The notes: generated by a model from the letters alone, not told the origin. A stretch of 64,000 nt of DNA from Eledone cirrhosa (GCA_964016885.1 OZ024740.1:344906001-344970000); one strand, 5' to 3'. Positions 30,480 through 45,358 are shown, numbered from the stretch's first letter. A program made the numbers and translations.

Positions 30480-31180
30480 AGGAGGAGACATTCTAGTGTC
30501 GTGTGCTAATGGGTACAGGTCCCAATGTGATGCGTAGAAATACATGGATACATAGAAGTGGAATACGTGGAAGAGCACATTGGTATAGCAGAGGTATAAC
30601 TATGTAAACATATCAATATATAGGTATAAACATGTAAATAAACCAACAAGAGTGGTGTTGGAGTAAGATGGAGAAATCAAGACATAGGAGAATTACAATA
30701 TAGTTCAGGTTGCAGTATTTATGTTCCCGGGGGGGGGGGGCAATCCTGTGTCGTGTGCTAAGGGTGCACGCGAGTAAAAGTCCGAATAAGGGGGGTAAAA
30801 AGTACATGGATGTATAGAGGTAGAGTACGTGTAAAGGCATTAATACAGCAAACAAAGATGTGAAGATATAGATAAACAAACAATAGTCGTTGTCTAGTAA
30901 ATGTAGAGTTCAAGACACAGGAGAAATACAATATAGTTCAGGTTGCGGTATTTATGTTCCCAGGGGGAGATATTCCAGTGACGTGTGCTAAGGGTACACG
31001 CGAGTAAAAGTCCGAATAAGGGAAGTAGAAAGTACATGGATGTATAGAGGTAGAATACGTGGAGAAGCATTAATACAGCAAATAAAGATGTAAAGATATG
31101 AATAAACTAACAAGAGTCGTTGTCTATTAAATGGAGAGTTCAAGACACAGGAGAAATACAATATAGTTCAAGTTGCAGTC
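30480..31180. repeat. Tandem repeat, about 230-bp unit, about 3 copies (palindrome spacer)
   Basis: tcaagaca(c/t)aggaga..acaatatagttca recurring at ~30677, ~30910 and ~31140. Confidence 0.8.
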
Positions 31181-32753
31181 AGATTCTTCAGTTTTTTCAT
31201 AAAAGACTCTATTTAATTAAACCACGCAACCCAAAACCTCATAGAAGTTATTTGAATGTTTAATCTTCAATTTTCTGTTTGTTCAATTCTCAATCTTCTT
31301 ACTCCTTAGTTTTATAATGTTATTCTGAATTATTTCAACTTCATCCGATAGAGTTGAGCAAAATTCTAAAGTTCCAACTTTCTGTCGGACCGTTGGGTGG
31401 GCTTTAGCTGCGGCGCGACCGGCTCCCTGGCGAACGAGCTCACCTGGAGTGCTTTGAAAAATAAATTTCCCCTTCTTTCGGTAAATGAAAATACTCGGCG
31501 TGGCTTAGTTCGCCATAGGGCCCGGGGCGCGGCCGGTGTTTTAAGCGCCAAATGGTACCTTTAAATTACAGAACCTATCGGAACTATTAGATATATCAAC
31601 CTGAAACTGTTGAGCTTTAAATTTTCTAACATCTTTAATATGGAATATTGATTATTAATTTTTTAACTTCATCCTATAAGTCTAAACATTGTAACACACT
31701 GACCCCCAATATATTCAACTCTGCTAAGATGCGGGTCCCTGTGAAAGTTTTGTCGCGCCACTCCTGGCCCGACTGTGGTGTGACATTAATATCGACCTTC
31801 CTTCCTCTCTCTTTCTATCTTCCTTCTTGTAGCTTTCAACCATTACTCTTTTACTTCTCTAAGCAAAATTTTAAAGTTCCAACTTTCTGTCGGACTGTTG
31901 GGTGGATTTTAAAGGCGGCGCGACCAGCTCCCTGGCGAACGAGCTCACCTGGAGTGCTTGGAAAAATAAATTTCCCCTACTTTCGGTAAATTAAAATACT
32001 CGGCGTAGCTTAATTCGCCATGGGGTTCGGGGCGCGGCCGGTATTTTAACCGCCACATAGTACCTTTAAATTACAGAACAAATCGGAACTATTATATAAT
32101 AAAATGTTACACTGTTGAACTTAAAATTTTCTAACCTCTTTAATATTGAATATTGATTATTAATTTTTTTAACTTCATACTATAAGTCTAAACACTGTAA
32201 CACACTGACTCCCAATATATTCACCTCTGCTAAGATGCGGGTCCCTGTGACATTTTCACGCGCCACTCCTGGCTTGACTGTGGTCTGACATTAATATCGA
32301 CCTTTCTTCCTCTTTCTTTCTATCTTCCTTTTTGTAGCCATCAACCCTTACTTTTCTACTTCTCTCTTCTCTTCATTCTCTTCTCCCCTCTTCCTGTCTT
32401 CCTCCCGCAGACTTATCTTCCTTCCCCCTCTTGCTTGCCTATATCTGACCGGTAGTAGTTGCCTTTCTTCTTTTAGCTGACATTAACCCTGGCTTCTCTT
32501 CTTCTTTCTTCCCCCTTCTTCTCTCTCCTTCCTTTCTTTCTTTCTTTTACCTTGTGTCATGAGATCGACGTTAACTTATATTCCCATCCCTTTCTGTTTT
32601 CGTTTATCTGACCGGTAGTAGCATATTATAAACTTTAGCTACGTCACTCCAGGGCGACCGGCTGAGGTTGAAGGACAGAATAGCGGTCGCCCTCGGGTCC
32701 TCGATTTTCAGCCCCATGGATTTTATCTATTACATTCACGTATTATATTTCGA

Positions 32754-32811
32754 ATACCTGATGATATCACCGGATTCATACGGATCCCGGTCATTGAAAT
32801 GATCATAGTAT
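32754..32811 (+). ncRNA. Type I hammerhead ribozyme (right arm)
   Basis: atac-CTGATGA-t-atcaccggattc/atac/ggatcccggtcat-t-GAAA-tgatca-TA-gtat; palindromic helix III ATGATCAT; U.U at 10.1-11.1; AATAAA immediately downstream. Confidence 0.75.
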
Positions 32812-33045
32812 AATAAACCTTTCAAGGATTTACACAAATCCAGCCTCCTGTCATTTCATTACAATATTTAACTCCGTAATAGCACCACCAACTACAAAAA
32901 CAAAGACGGTTGAACTGCTTTACGTTGAGTACTCTCTATATTATTGCATTACGATTGACCATACGGAATAGACCAGCTCTATACAGTGGTGAACCTCAAA
33001 CCTGAATAAATATATTATATATATATATATATACATATATATATG

Positions 33046-33121
<76 letters not shown>

Positions 33122-33135
33122 ATACATATATATAT

Positions 33136-33170
<35 letters not shown>

Positions 33171-33475
33171 CATACACAGTTCAAGAGAGAGATGGAGATA
33201 GTAGAGGAGATATGAGAGGAGAGATTGGAGAGTTAGTTAGAAGCCAAAGCGTAAAGGCATGTGCTCAATGTGCAACATGCAGTAGAAAGCAGCTAGGTAG
33301 CTGGGTTTATGCAGAAGTTAGGTGCGCAGAGCTGGAAATATTCATTAGTTAAGCAAAACAAGACCACAAACTTCACAAGGAAGACATTATTAAAAGATTG
33401 TCAACATATTTTATTTTGATGTAAAGAATGTAGAGAATAATAATAATGATTTGCTTAACTAATGAACATATACAT

Positions 33476-33555
<80 letters not shown>

Positions 33556-34343
33556 GTAAGTTTTTTTTACAAAATGAAAAATAACAGAGGTGTCCTACAC
33601 GAGTGAAAGTATAAAGAAAAAGAGATGAAATCGAAAGTGCAACAGGAGTTTTATTTTTTTTTTAAATATATATATTTATTTGGTTCCTTTACCGGTTTAG
33701 CAGTTCTTCTGCTTTTTAAAAGGTGAGTTGAGATGGAGGGTCTGTGGTTTTTCTCACATCTGGTTGGTCTCTGAATGTTACTTGTTTTATATGGAAAAAG
33801 TGGCTCGAAATGCCAGATTTTTCGAGTAGTAATTTGATTGGTTTGTCAATAATTATAATAAATTTCGCGCCAGTTCGCGTGACAATAGTTCTTCAAATAA
33901 GAGGGGGGGGGTTGTCACAGGTTGTTTTTTCATATATGAGTGTTTGAATTTCTTTTTACTTGAAAAAAGGAGGCTCACGAAGGCTTTTTTTTGGTTGGTT
34001 ATAAATGAAATTATGGCTGTCACGTGAACAAGTTTTTATAAAATTTTTGTGCCCTTATTTGGAAATCCATTCTTTGATAAGTGAAAGATAATGGTCAAGA
34101 GAAAGGGATGGGAGAATTGTTCTGGTTCAGTGAATTTGGTTAGTTCGCTGGGGTGTCAGAATTCAGATTTTCTATTGAATAAAGAAAGTGAAGATATGTA
34201 TGTTTATTTGTGTGCTTGTGTGTGTGCGCGTGTGTGTGTGTGTGTGTTGTGTGTGTGTGTGTTTGAATTTCTTTACTTTAAAAAAAGGTGGCTCACGAAG
34301 GCTTTTTTTTTAATAAACGTGAAAAAAATCCTTCGTGGGCCAC

Positions 34344-34526
<183 letters not shown>

Positions 34527-34607
34527 AAGGACTTGTGGTAAAGAACCAGATGGAACATAACGCACCAGAGTACTCAATACTTAGGGAAGTAGTAGAGTGG
34601 GAAATAG

Positions 34608-34716
34608 GAAAAAGTATGACCCCGACGGCAGAGCTCAAGCCGTTTCGACGGCTATTTCTTGACTGGAAATACCGTCGAAACGGCTTGAGCTCTGCCGTCG
34701 GGGTCATACTTTTTCA
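34608..34716. repeat. Near-perfect hairpin with about 45-bp arms (copy at ~42817-42924)
   Basis: gaaaaagtatgaccccgacggcagagctcaagccgtttcgacgg / ccgtcgaaacggcttgagctctgccgtcggggtcatactttttc. Confidence 0.85.
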
Positions 34717-35384
34717 TATATATATATAAGTGAATCCCGGGTTCAATCGCGGGTAACTACAGTACGTACGGTACTCGATACATAGCAGGGTATCAATATT
34801 TAATATAGAAATGGCTGGCCTTATATATACATATATATATATGTGTGTATGTGTGTGTGTGTGTGTGTGTGTCATAATCCATGATCATTTCTAAGTCTGT
34901 TCAGTGTTGCTCAATTTGCCAATTTCACGCATTTCTAAATTGAAACCTGTTTTATATCACACATGATGTATTGTAATTATTATGGTACAAAAAGTACCGG
35001 GTGTTTCGTTCCTGGAGCTTGTGGTCTTTTGTCATTGAACGTTGTAGAGCAACACCACTCACCCGTCTGTCTTACCCCAAAATTGACAACCTGTGTCACG
35101 ACACTCGTCACACACACCAATGCCATAACCAGCTAGTAAGCTGTATGAGATTTATTCGATACATTGACCCGTTATGTATAGCCAGATGACAGGTAGTACT
35201 TTGCGAGGGCAAAATAAAAATTACTACATAGAAAAAGTTTTATTTAAGTGAGCTATTTCCCTTGTAGCGATGAAAGGAAGATGCATAATAATTTGAATCA
35301 ATCTACTATATATCATTTTAAAATAAACATTTAAGTAGCATATTTTTAAAATAAACATTTAAGTAGCATATTTTTACAGCGTGA

Positions 35385-35960
35385 ATACGGTTGGTCCAGC
35401 TCCCAATGCCAAAGTTTGGTGCTAGTCCCTCCAGGATTGTTCACATGTAGATAACTGCGTATCTCTCCCGTCTTCGTTCCAAGGAGTAGAGGTTCAATTC
35501 TTATAGCATCTCCCAGTAGCTTATCTCCTTCATGGCAATCCTCTTGGTGTGGCTTCGTTGGTTTGCCTCAAGCTCCGTGGTTAGTTTGACACAATGTGGT
35601 GACCACAACTGGGAGCAATAGTCCACGCGGCTTAGGACAAATGTCCTCCCTAGTGTCAACATGGTGTCTCGGTCTCTTGTCCGGAGAGTCCTCAAGATCC
35701 AGCCAGCGAGTCGTCTGCACATTGTCGCCACTTTCATGATGCGTGAGGAAAAAGATGCATCCTCGATCATGTCTATAACCAGGTCTCGTATCGATTTTGA
35801 CACGGGGATAACGGTCCTTCCTGGTCCTGGGTAACTGTGTTGTACTGTATTTGTGTTTGCAGGTTTGTATTGTAGGGCTTGTAATTTCCCAGCATTAAAC
35901 TGCATGTTGTTGTCTTCCGCCCATTTGTATATGGCATCCAGATCTTGTTGTAAAAGGGCG
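35385..35960 (-). pseudogene. CR1-group LINE RT C-terminal fragment
   Basis: MQFNAGKLQ..RDLVI..GWILRTLRTRD..LSRVDYCSQLWSP..YSLERRRERY. Confidence 0.8.
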
Positions 35961-36082
35961 TATAAATAATAGAAAGAAGGAGGAATTGTTTTCTATTATA
36001 TACACTCTGCTAGTGCATAGAATGCTTGATTTGGAACCAACACCAATACTTGCCCCATCTACGTACTATATATATGTGTGTG

Positions 36083-36126
<44 letters not shown>

Positions 36127-36137
36127 TGTTTCAATGC

Positions 36138-36179
<42 letters not shown>

Positions 36180-36274
36180 TTATACATATATATAAACAAT
36201 ATGGAGATGTTTTATAGTGTCGATAAGTCTTCTCTGTGTGTGTGTTTCAATGCGTGTATATATGTATATATAGG

Positions 36275-36417
<143 letters not shown>

Positions 36418-36423
36418 GTATGT

Positions 36424-36463
<40 letters not shown>

Positions 36464-36501
36464 ATATATATATATATATATATGTGTGTCTATATATATG
36501 T

Positions 36502-36535
<34 letters not shown>

Positions 36536-36556
36536 GTATGTATATATATATATATA

Positions 36557-37204
<648 letters not shown>

Positions 37205-37475
37205 TTTCAACAACAGTTGAAAATTGCAAATTTCCAAAAACAGTTGAAAATTGCAAACTTGACTGTCACCACCGCATTATGAACCTGAAGATTTCGAAAG
37301 CATGAAAGTATTTGTTCTATTAACACTTAACATTTAATATTCTACCATACTATTGCATTCTAATACCATTATAAATTTTAAAGGATTGTAAATAAAACGA
37401 GTAAATCAGACAAAGTTGGAATTCCTTTTATTAATATATATATATATATATATATATTTATACATACATATATAA

Positions 37476-37526
<51 letters not shown>

Positions 37527-37541
37527 ATACATATATATATG

Positions 37542-37702
<161 letters not shown>

Positions 37703-38104
37703 CATACACAGTTCAAGAGAGAGATGGAGATAGTAGAGGAGATATGAGAGGAGAGATTGGTGAGTTAGTTAGAAGCCAAAGAGTAAAGGCATGTGCTCAA
37801 TCTGCAATATGCAGTAGAAATCAGCTAGGTAGCTGGGTTTATGCAGAAGTTAAGTGCGCAGAGCTGGAAATATTCATTAGTTAAGCAAAACAAGACCACA
37901 AACTTCACAAGGAAGACATTATTAAAAGATAGTCAACATATTTTAGTTTGATGTAACGAATGTGGAGATTAATAATAAAGTACTTGTTCTATTAATACTT
38001 AACATTTAATATTCTACCATACTATTTCATTCTAATACCATTATAAATTTTAAAGGATTGTAAATAAAACGAGTAAATCAGACAAAGTTGGAATTCCTTT
38101 TATT

Positions 38105-40378
38105 AAACAGAAGCACAATTTAGTATAGCTAGATCCGAACTTAGATATATTATCGAACAGTATAGCAAGAAGCATAATAGAATGGAGGCCCAGCAACTGT
38201 GAGAAAAATCTGCAAATGGCTTGCGTAAGTTCATGCAGCGCTCGCGTAATTGAGAGATAGCATGCTTTCCAACAGACAAGTCTGGCAGAATGTCGGTTGA
38301 CAGCCTGCCAAACTACATCCAGGCAATGCAACCCCACATCACCAACTCAAGAGAGGTAACACCACAGGAGCATGAGGATAGAGAAAAAGCCCTCAATGCC
38401 CATATGGTGATGTGGACGAATATAATGCAGCCCAACAAAAGGACTGCCGACAACTTCCAGGCCTGGAACAATGACGTGCCGGCGTTGTATGGGCTTCGAA
38501 AAGACCATAAAACGGGCAGTGACCCTGTCGCGGGACCACCAACACGGCCAGTCTGTGGAGCTAACATTGCTAGTAACTACAGACTGTCCTACTTCCTCTC
38601 CCTGATCATACGCCCCATCATTGAAATGTCCCCAGATGTATGTGACAGCACGGAGGACCTCCTCAGCAGAATCCGCGGGAGTAACCGATCTAGGGACCTA
38701 ACAAACTGTCATAATAGGTAGTATGGATGTTGTGTCCCTGTATCCATCTATTGACGTGGATTTTGCTGTGGAGAAATGCGTAGAAATGATCAGTGAGAGC
38801 AATGTTGAGTTCCGTGGGATTGATACCAGTGAGCTGGGACTCCTACTTAAATTTACCTATAGTAATAATTACCTAGACACATGTGACCTTAGCAACCTGT
38901 GCCCTACAAGACCAGCAAGAGGCAGACCACCTACCATTACCTCAATGGCCAAGAAAACCCACACAGATAGATGGAATGGGTGGACCAGAGCCATACGGAC
39001 ACCCGAAAACCACGATGAACTGGAGAAAATGATTGCACATGCGGTAGGGGCCAGCATAAAACTAACCCTTAAGGAACATATGTTCAAATTTAATGGAAAA
39101 ACATATGCCCAAGAGGAAGGAGCAGCCATTGGTGTTAGCATTGCAGGCGACATAGCTAACTTATTCATGGTATGGTGGGACAGTAGACTTAACATTAAAC
39201 TTAAAGAACAATTAGAAGACCCCTTAACTCTGATAATGTACTCCCGCTACGTTGATGATATAAACATCGTAGTTAAGACACCCCCACTAGAGAACAGTCA
39301 GGAACTAGAGAAAAACACAATGGAAAGCATCCAGAAAATAGCTAACTCCATCCACCAGAGCATTAGAGTTACTATAGACTACCCACGTAAACACCCCAAC
39401 CATCGATTACCTGTACTAGACACAGAGCTCTGGTTAGATACCATTAATAACAAAAAACAAATCCTCCATTCCCATTATGCCAAACCCATGACTTCCAAAC
39501 ATCTGATCCACCGAAACTCGGCGATTTCGGACGATACCAAAATCAACATACTGATTGTGGATTTGGTACGGGTGATGAGAAACGTGTCCCGCATGTGCAA
39601 CTCCGAAGAACTAGAGAGACACATACAACACTTCATTCACCGTATGCAGTTCTCTGGCTACAATCAGAGAGATAAAATCAGAGTGTATAGAGGAGCCAGA
39701 ACCAAATGGGAAAAAATGGTAAATAATGACATAAATGGGACCTGCCCCTTGTATAGGAGCAAATTTTGGAATAGAATAGAAAGAACTAGGAACAAGACTA
39801 ATAGAATAAACTAATGGTATGATAATAATAAATACCAGAGTGTAATGTTCATCGATACAACCCCTAGAGGTGAATTAGCTTACAAATTTAGAAGGGCCCT
39901 AGATAAACATAAACTCAATATTAAGATAGTAGAAAGACCAGGTACCTCCGTAAAAACACTTATTAGCAAGACATACCCTTTTCAAAGACCCTCATGTATA
40001 GATAAGAAATGTATAACCTGTAAAATAAGCCCCCATATTAACTGTAAAACTAGAAATATAGCGTAGAGCATAAGATGTACTGAAGGACAATGTAGAGACA
40101 AAAATATAGTGTACATAGGTGAGACAGCTCGTAGTGTAGAGGAACGGATAAATGAACACTGGCGAGACGTTCAAGATAGTAAAGAATCATCTGTACTCTA
40201 CCAACATGCTAAAATAGAACACAAGGGTAAATTAGAGCACATAGAAATAAAAATAGAATCTACACACAGAAAAGACGCAATGTTTAGACAAATCACAGAG
40301 GCAATAAACATAAAAGAATTACAACCAAAATTAAATAGAAAATATGAGTGGAACAACAACATCACAACTTACAATTAA
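38105..40378 (+). pseudogene. Penelope-like element ORF (RT + Zn finger linker + GIY-YIG endonuclease), 5'-truncated and disrupted; probably Naiad-like
   Basis: TDKSGR, YGLRKDHK, RPVCGA, MDVVSLYPSI, GAAIGVSIAGDIANLFM, RYVDD, CIDKKCITC..C, YIGETARSVEERINEH, EAINI...PKLN; frameshift near 38710, in-frame stops at 38251, 39812 and 40064. Confidence 0.92.
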
Positions 40379-40576
40379 GGACAAAATGAATACACACACA
40401 CACATAGAACAAACAACCAACCAGTAACATGTAAATAAACAAATAAATAAATGAACATAAACACACACAGACACCCGGATGTGGCGCATGCGCAGACTGA
40501 GCACGCAACACACACAGAAACATAATGGCGTAGGACAGAACAAAGGAGAGGCACAAAAACAAAGAAAGGAATCCCC

Positions 40577-40620
40577 AGCCACTGAAGAGGTTACAAAGTA
40601 TGTGACGAAAGAACTATGAC
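40577..40620 (+). ncRNA. Minimal hammerhead in the PLE 3' region (pLTR position)
   Basis: gcca-CTGAAGA-g-gttaca/aagta/tgtgac-GAAA-gaac-TA-tgac, 200 nt after the endonuclease stop codon; helix I has one mismatch. Confidence 0.65.
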
Positions 40621-40881
40621 AATATATAAACAACTATCTGGTTTTGGAACCAACCAACCAACCAGAAATTTATAAATTTATAAATTTATTATAAATTTAA
40701 TATAATAAATTGAAGTGAAAGCAACTGGTGCGTGTGTTTCTTATTGGCAACATGACCCTCCCAAAGTATAACAATATCGGTTTCAACACACGATTTCAGA
40801 TAAAGAAGCTTGCTAAACAAATTCAGGAACGAAATATAATTATATATATATATATATATATATTTATACATACATATATAA

Positions 40882-40991
<110 letters not shown>

Positions 40992-41013
40992 TATATATAT
41001 ATACATATATATG

Positions 41014-41103
<90 letters not shown>

Positions 41104-41149
41104 ATATATATATACATATACATACATATATATATATATATATACATAC

Positions 41150-41220
<71 letters not shown>

Positions 41221-41521
41221 CACAGTTCAAGAGAGAGATGGAGATAGTAGAGGAGATATGAGAGGAGAGATTGGTCAGTTAGTTAGAAGCCAAAGCGTAA
41301 AGGCATGTGCTCAATGTGCAATATGCAGTAGAAAGCTGCTAGGTAGCTGGGTTCATGCAGAAGTTAGGTGCGCAGAGCTGGAAATATTCATTAGTTAAGC
41401 AAAACAAGACCACAAACTTCACAAGGAAGACATTATTAAAAGATTGTCAACATATTTTAGTTTGATGTAAGGAATGTAGAGAATAATAATAATGTTTTGC
41501 TTAACTAATGAATATATACAT

Positions 41522-41558
<37 letters not shown>

Positions 41559-41699
41559 AATTAGAAAGTGAGGTTTTTTTTTACAAAATTTAAAATAACC
41601 GAGGTGTCCTACACGAGTGAAAGTATAAAGAAAAAGATATGAAATAGAAAGTGCAACAGGAGTCTTATTTTTTTTTTAAATATATATATTTATTTGGTT

Positions 41700-41737
41700 C
41701 CTTTACCGGTTTCGCAGTTCTTCTGCTTTTCAAAAGG
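41700..41737 (-). ncRNA. Minimal hammerhead, U3-A8 variant, best-preserved copy
   Basis: cctt-TTGAAAA-gcag/aagaa/ctgc-GAAA-ccgg-TA-aagg; all helices perfectly paired. Confidence 0.72.
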
Positions 41738-42129
41738 TGAGTTGAGATGGAGGGTCTGTGGTTTTTCTCACATCTGGTTGGTCTCTGAATGTTACTTATT
41801 TTATATGGAAAAAGTGGCTCGAAACGCCAGGTTTTTCGAGAAGTAATTTGATTGGTTTGTCAATAATTATAATAAATTTCGCGCCAGTTCGCGTTACAAT
41901 AGTTCTTCAAATAAGAGGGGGGGGGGTTGTCACAGGTTGTTTTTTTCATATATGAGTGTTTGAATTTCTTTTTACTTGAAAAAAGGAGGCTCACGAAGGC
42001 TTTTTTTTGGTTGGTTATAAATGAAATTATGGCTGTCACGTGAACACGTTTTCATTAAATGTTTATGCCCTTATTTGGGAATCCATTCTGTAGCCTTTTT
42101 AGAGAATTTTTTGATAAGTGAAAGATAAT

Positions 42130-42318
42130 TGTTTCTACTTTTGGCACAAGGCCAGTAAATACCCAGTACATTACTGGTACTTTATTTTATCGACCCCGTA
42201 AGGATGAAAGGCAAAGTTAACCTCGGCGGGATTTGAACTCAGATCGTAAAGAGACGTAACTATGCTGCAAAGCATGGCGTCCGACTCTCTACCGATACTG
42301 CCAATTCACCGCCCCTAG
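42130..42318 (-). mobile_element. Young full-length tRNA-type SINE with 18-bp TSD
   Basis: TSD tgataagtgaaagataat at 42112-42129 and 42319-42336; empty site at ~34075 in the paralogue; boxes A and B intact. Confidence 0.92.
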
Positions 42319-42612
42319 TGATAAGTGAAAGATAATGGTCAAGAGAAAGGGATGGGAGAATTGTTCTGCTTCAGTGAATATGGTTAGTTCGCTGGGGTGT
42401 CAGAATTCAGATTTTCTATTGAATAAAGAAAGTAAAGATATGTATGTTTATTTGTGTGCTTGTGTGTCTGTGCGTGTGTGTGTGTGTGTGTTGTGTGTGT
42501 GTGTGTTTGAATTTCTTTACTTAAAAAAAGGTGACTCACGAAGGCATTTTTTTTCACGTTTATTAAAAAAAAGCCTTCGTGAGCCACCTTTTTTTAAAGT
42601 AAAGAAATTCAA

Positions 42613-42740
<128 letters not shown>

Positions 42741-43052
42741 AAGGACTTGTGGTAAAGAACCAGATAACGCACCAGAGTACTCAATACTTAGGGTAGTAGT
42801 AGAGTGGGTAATAGGAGAAAAGTATGAACCCGACGGCAGAGCTCAAGCCGTTTCGACGGCTATTTCTTGACTGGAAATACCGTCGAAACGGCTTGAGCTC
42901 TGCCGTCGGGGTCATACTTTTTCATATATATATATAAGTGAATCCCGGGTTCAATCGCGGGTAACTACAGTACGTACGGTACTCAATACATAGCAGGGCA
43001 TAAATATTTAATATAGAAATGGCTGGCCTTATATATACATATATATATATGT

Positions 43053-43086
<34 letters not shown>

Positions 43087-43634
43087 CATAATCCATGATT
43101 ATTTCTAAGTCTGTTCAGTGTTGCTCAATTTGCCAATTTCACGCGATTTCTAAATTGAAACCTGTTTTATATCACACATGATGTATTGTAATTATTATGG
43201 TACAAAAAGTATACTGGAGCTTGTGGTCTTTTGTCATTGAACGTTGTAGAGCAACACCACTCACCCGTCTGTCTTACCCCAAAATTGACAACCTGTGTCA
43301 CGACACTCGTCACACACACCAATGCCATAACCAGCTGGTAAGCTGTATGAGATTTATTCGATACATGGACCCGTTATGTATAGCCAGATGACAGGTAGTA
43401 CTTTGCGAGGGCAAAATAAAAATTACTACCTAGAAAAAGTTTTATTTAAACGAGCTATTTCCCTTGTAGCGATGAAAGGAAGATGCATAATAATTTGAAT
43501 CAATCTACTATATATCATTTTAAAATAAACATTTAAGTAGCATATTTTTAAAATAAACATTTAAGTAGCATATTTTTTAAATAAACATTTAAGTAGCATA
43601 TTTTTAAAATAAACATTTAAGTAGCATATTTTTA

Positions 43635-44225
43635 CAGCGTGAATACGGTTGGTCCAGCTCCCAATGCCAAAGTTTGGTACTAGTCCCTCCAGGATTTTTC
43701 TCATGTAGATAACTGCGTATCTCTCCCGTCTTCGTTCCAAGGAGTAGAGGTTCAATTCTTATAGCAACTCCCAGTAGCTTATCTCCTTCATGGCAATCCT
43801 CTTGGTGTAGCTTCATTGGTTTTCGTCAAGCTCCGTGGTTAGTTTGACACTATGTGGTGACCACAACTGGGAGCAATAGTCCAGGCAGCTTAGGACAAAT
43901 GTCCTCGCTAGTGTCAACATGGTGTCTCGGTCTCTTGTCCGGAGAGTCCTCAAGATCCAGCCAGCGAGTCGTCTGCACATTGTCGCCACTTTCATGATGT
44001 GTGAGGAAAAAGATGCATCCTCGATCATGTCTATAACCAGGTCTCGTATCGATTTTGACACGGGGATAACGGTCCCTCCTGGTCCTGCGTAACTGTGTTG
44101 TACTGTATTTGTGTTTGCAGGTTTGTATTGTAAGACTTGTAATTTGCCAGCATTAAACTGCATGTTGTTGTCTTCCGCCCATTTGTATATGGCATCCAGA
44201 TCTTGTTGTAAAAGGGCGTATAAAT
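43635..44225 (-). pseudogene. CR1-group LINE fragment (duplicate of 35385-35960)
   Basis: ORFs 43813-44163 and 43561-43755. Confidence 0.8.
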
Positions 44226-44321
44226 AATAGAAAGAAGGAGGAATTTTTTTAATATTATATACACTCTGCTAGTGCATAGAATGCTTGATTTGGTACCAAC
44301 ACCAATACTTCCCCCAGCTAC

Positions 44322-44458
<137 letters not shown>

Positions 44459-44576
44459 CAATGCGTGTATATATATATATATAGGTATATATATGATATA
44501 TATGTATATTTATACATATATATAAACAATATGGAGATGTTTTATAGTGTCGATAAGTCTTCTCTGTGTGTATATA

Positions 44577-44623
<47 letters not shown>

Positions 44624-44924
44624 TCAAGCGAGTCATAGTATCAAAAACAGTGAACATTATAAGAAAGACAACAATGATTATATTGATTCTATTTTTGTTA
44701 TTGTTGGGGCTATTGTGTCTTTACACTTATGATTATCGTTGTTATTATTCTGAGTATTATAAATATTATCGTTTTATGATTGACTAAATATATCATATCA
44801 AAACAATAAAATGAGAATCAAGAGTGTGAAGTAAGAAGGGAAAGAGAAATAATAGTAGCAGTAGCAACAGAGCATGAAGATAAAGGGAAAGTAGAGAAAG
44901 ATAGCAAAGAAGTACAACGATAAC

Positions 44925-44926
44925 AG

Positions 44927-44988
<62 letters not shown>

Positions 44989-45277
44989 GCTGTTGCTGCT
45001 ACTACTGCTGCTGCTACTACTACTGCTGCTGCTGCTGCAAATTATACTGCTGCTGCTACAAATAATACTGCTATTACTACTGCTGCTGCTACTACTATTA
45101 ATGCTGCTCCTACGACTACTACTGCTGCTGCTACTACTACCGCTACTACTAGTACTACTACTGCTACTACTACTACTACTATTACTATTATTACTACTAC
45201 TGCTGCTGCTGGTGCTACTACAACTAATACTGCTACTATTATTGTTGCTGCTACTACTACTGCTACTGCTGCTGCTG

Positions 45278-45358
<81 letters not shown>

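Noticed and set aside
30480-31180. Regularly spaced repeats as a CRISPR-like array
   Set aside because: Whole units are repeated with no unique spacers; eukaryotic context
29595-31989. 113-aa and ~62-aa ORFs conserved in both palindrome arms
   Set aside because: Conservation follows from the recent inverted duplication; the tandem sister unit has stops; no domain recognised
38251-38253. In-frame TGA in the PLE ORF as selenocysteine (reported for some Naiads)
   Set aside because: It falls at an expected Gly (GEI..TDKSG), the other stops are TAA and TAG, the Cys codons are normal, and a frameshift is present; ordinary decay
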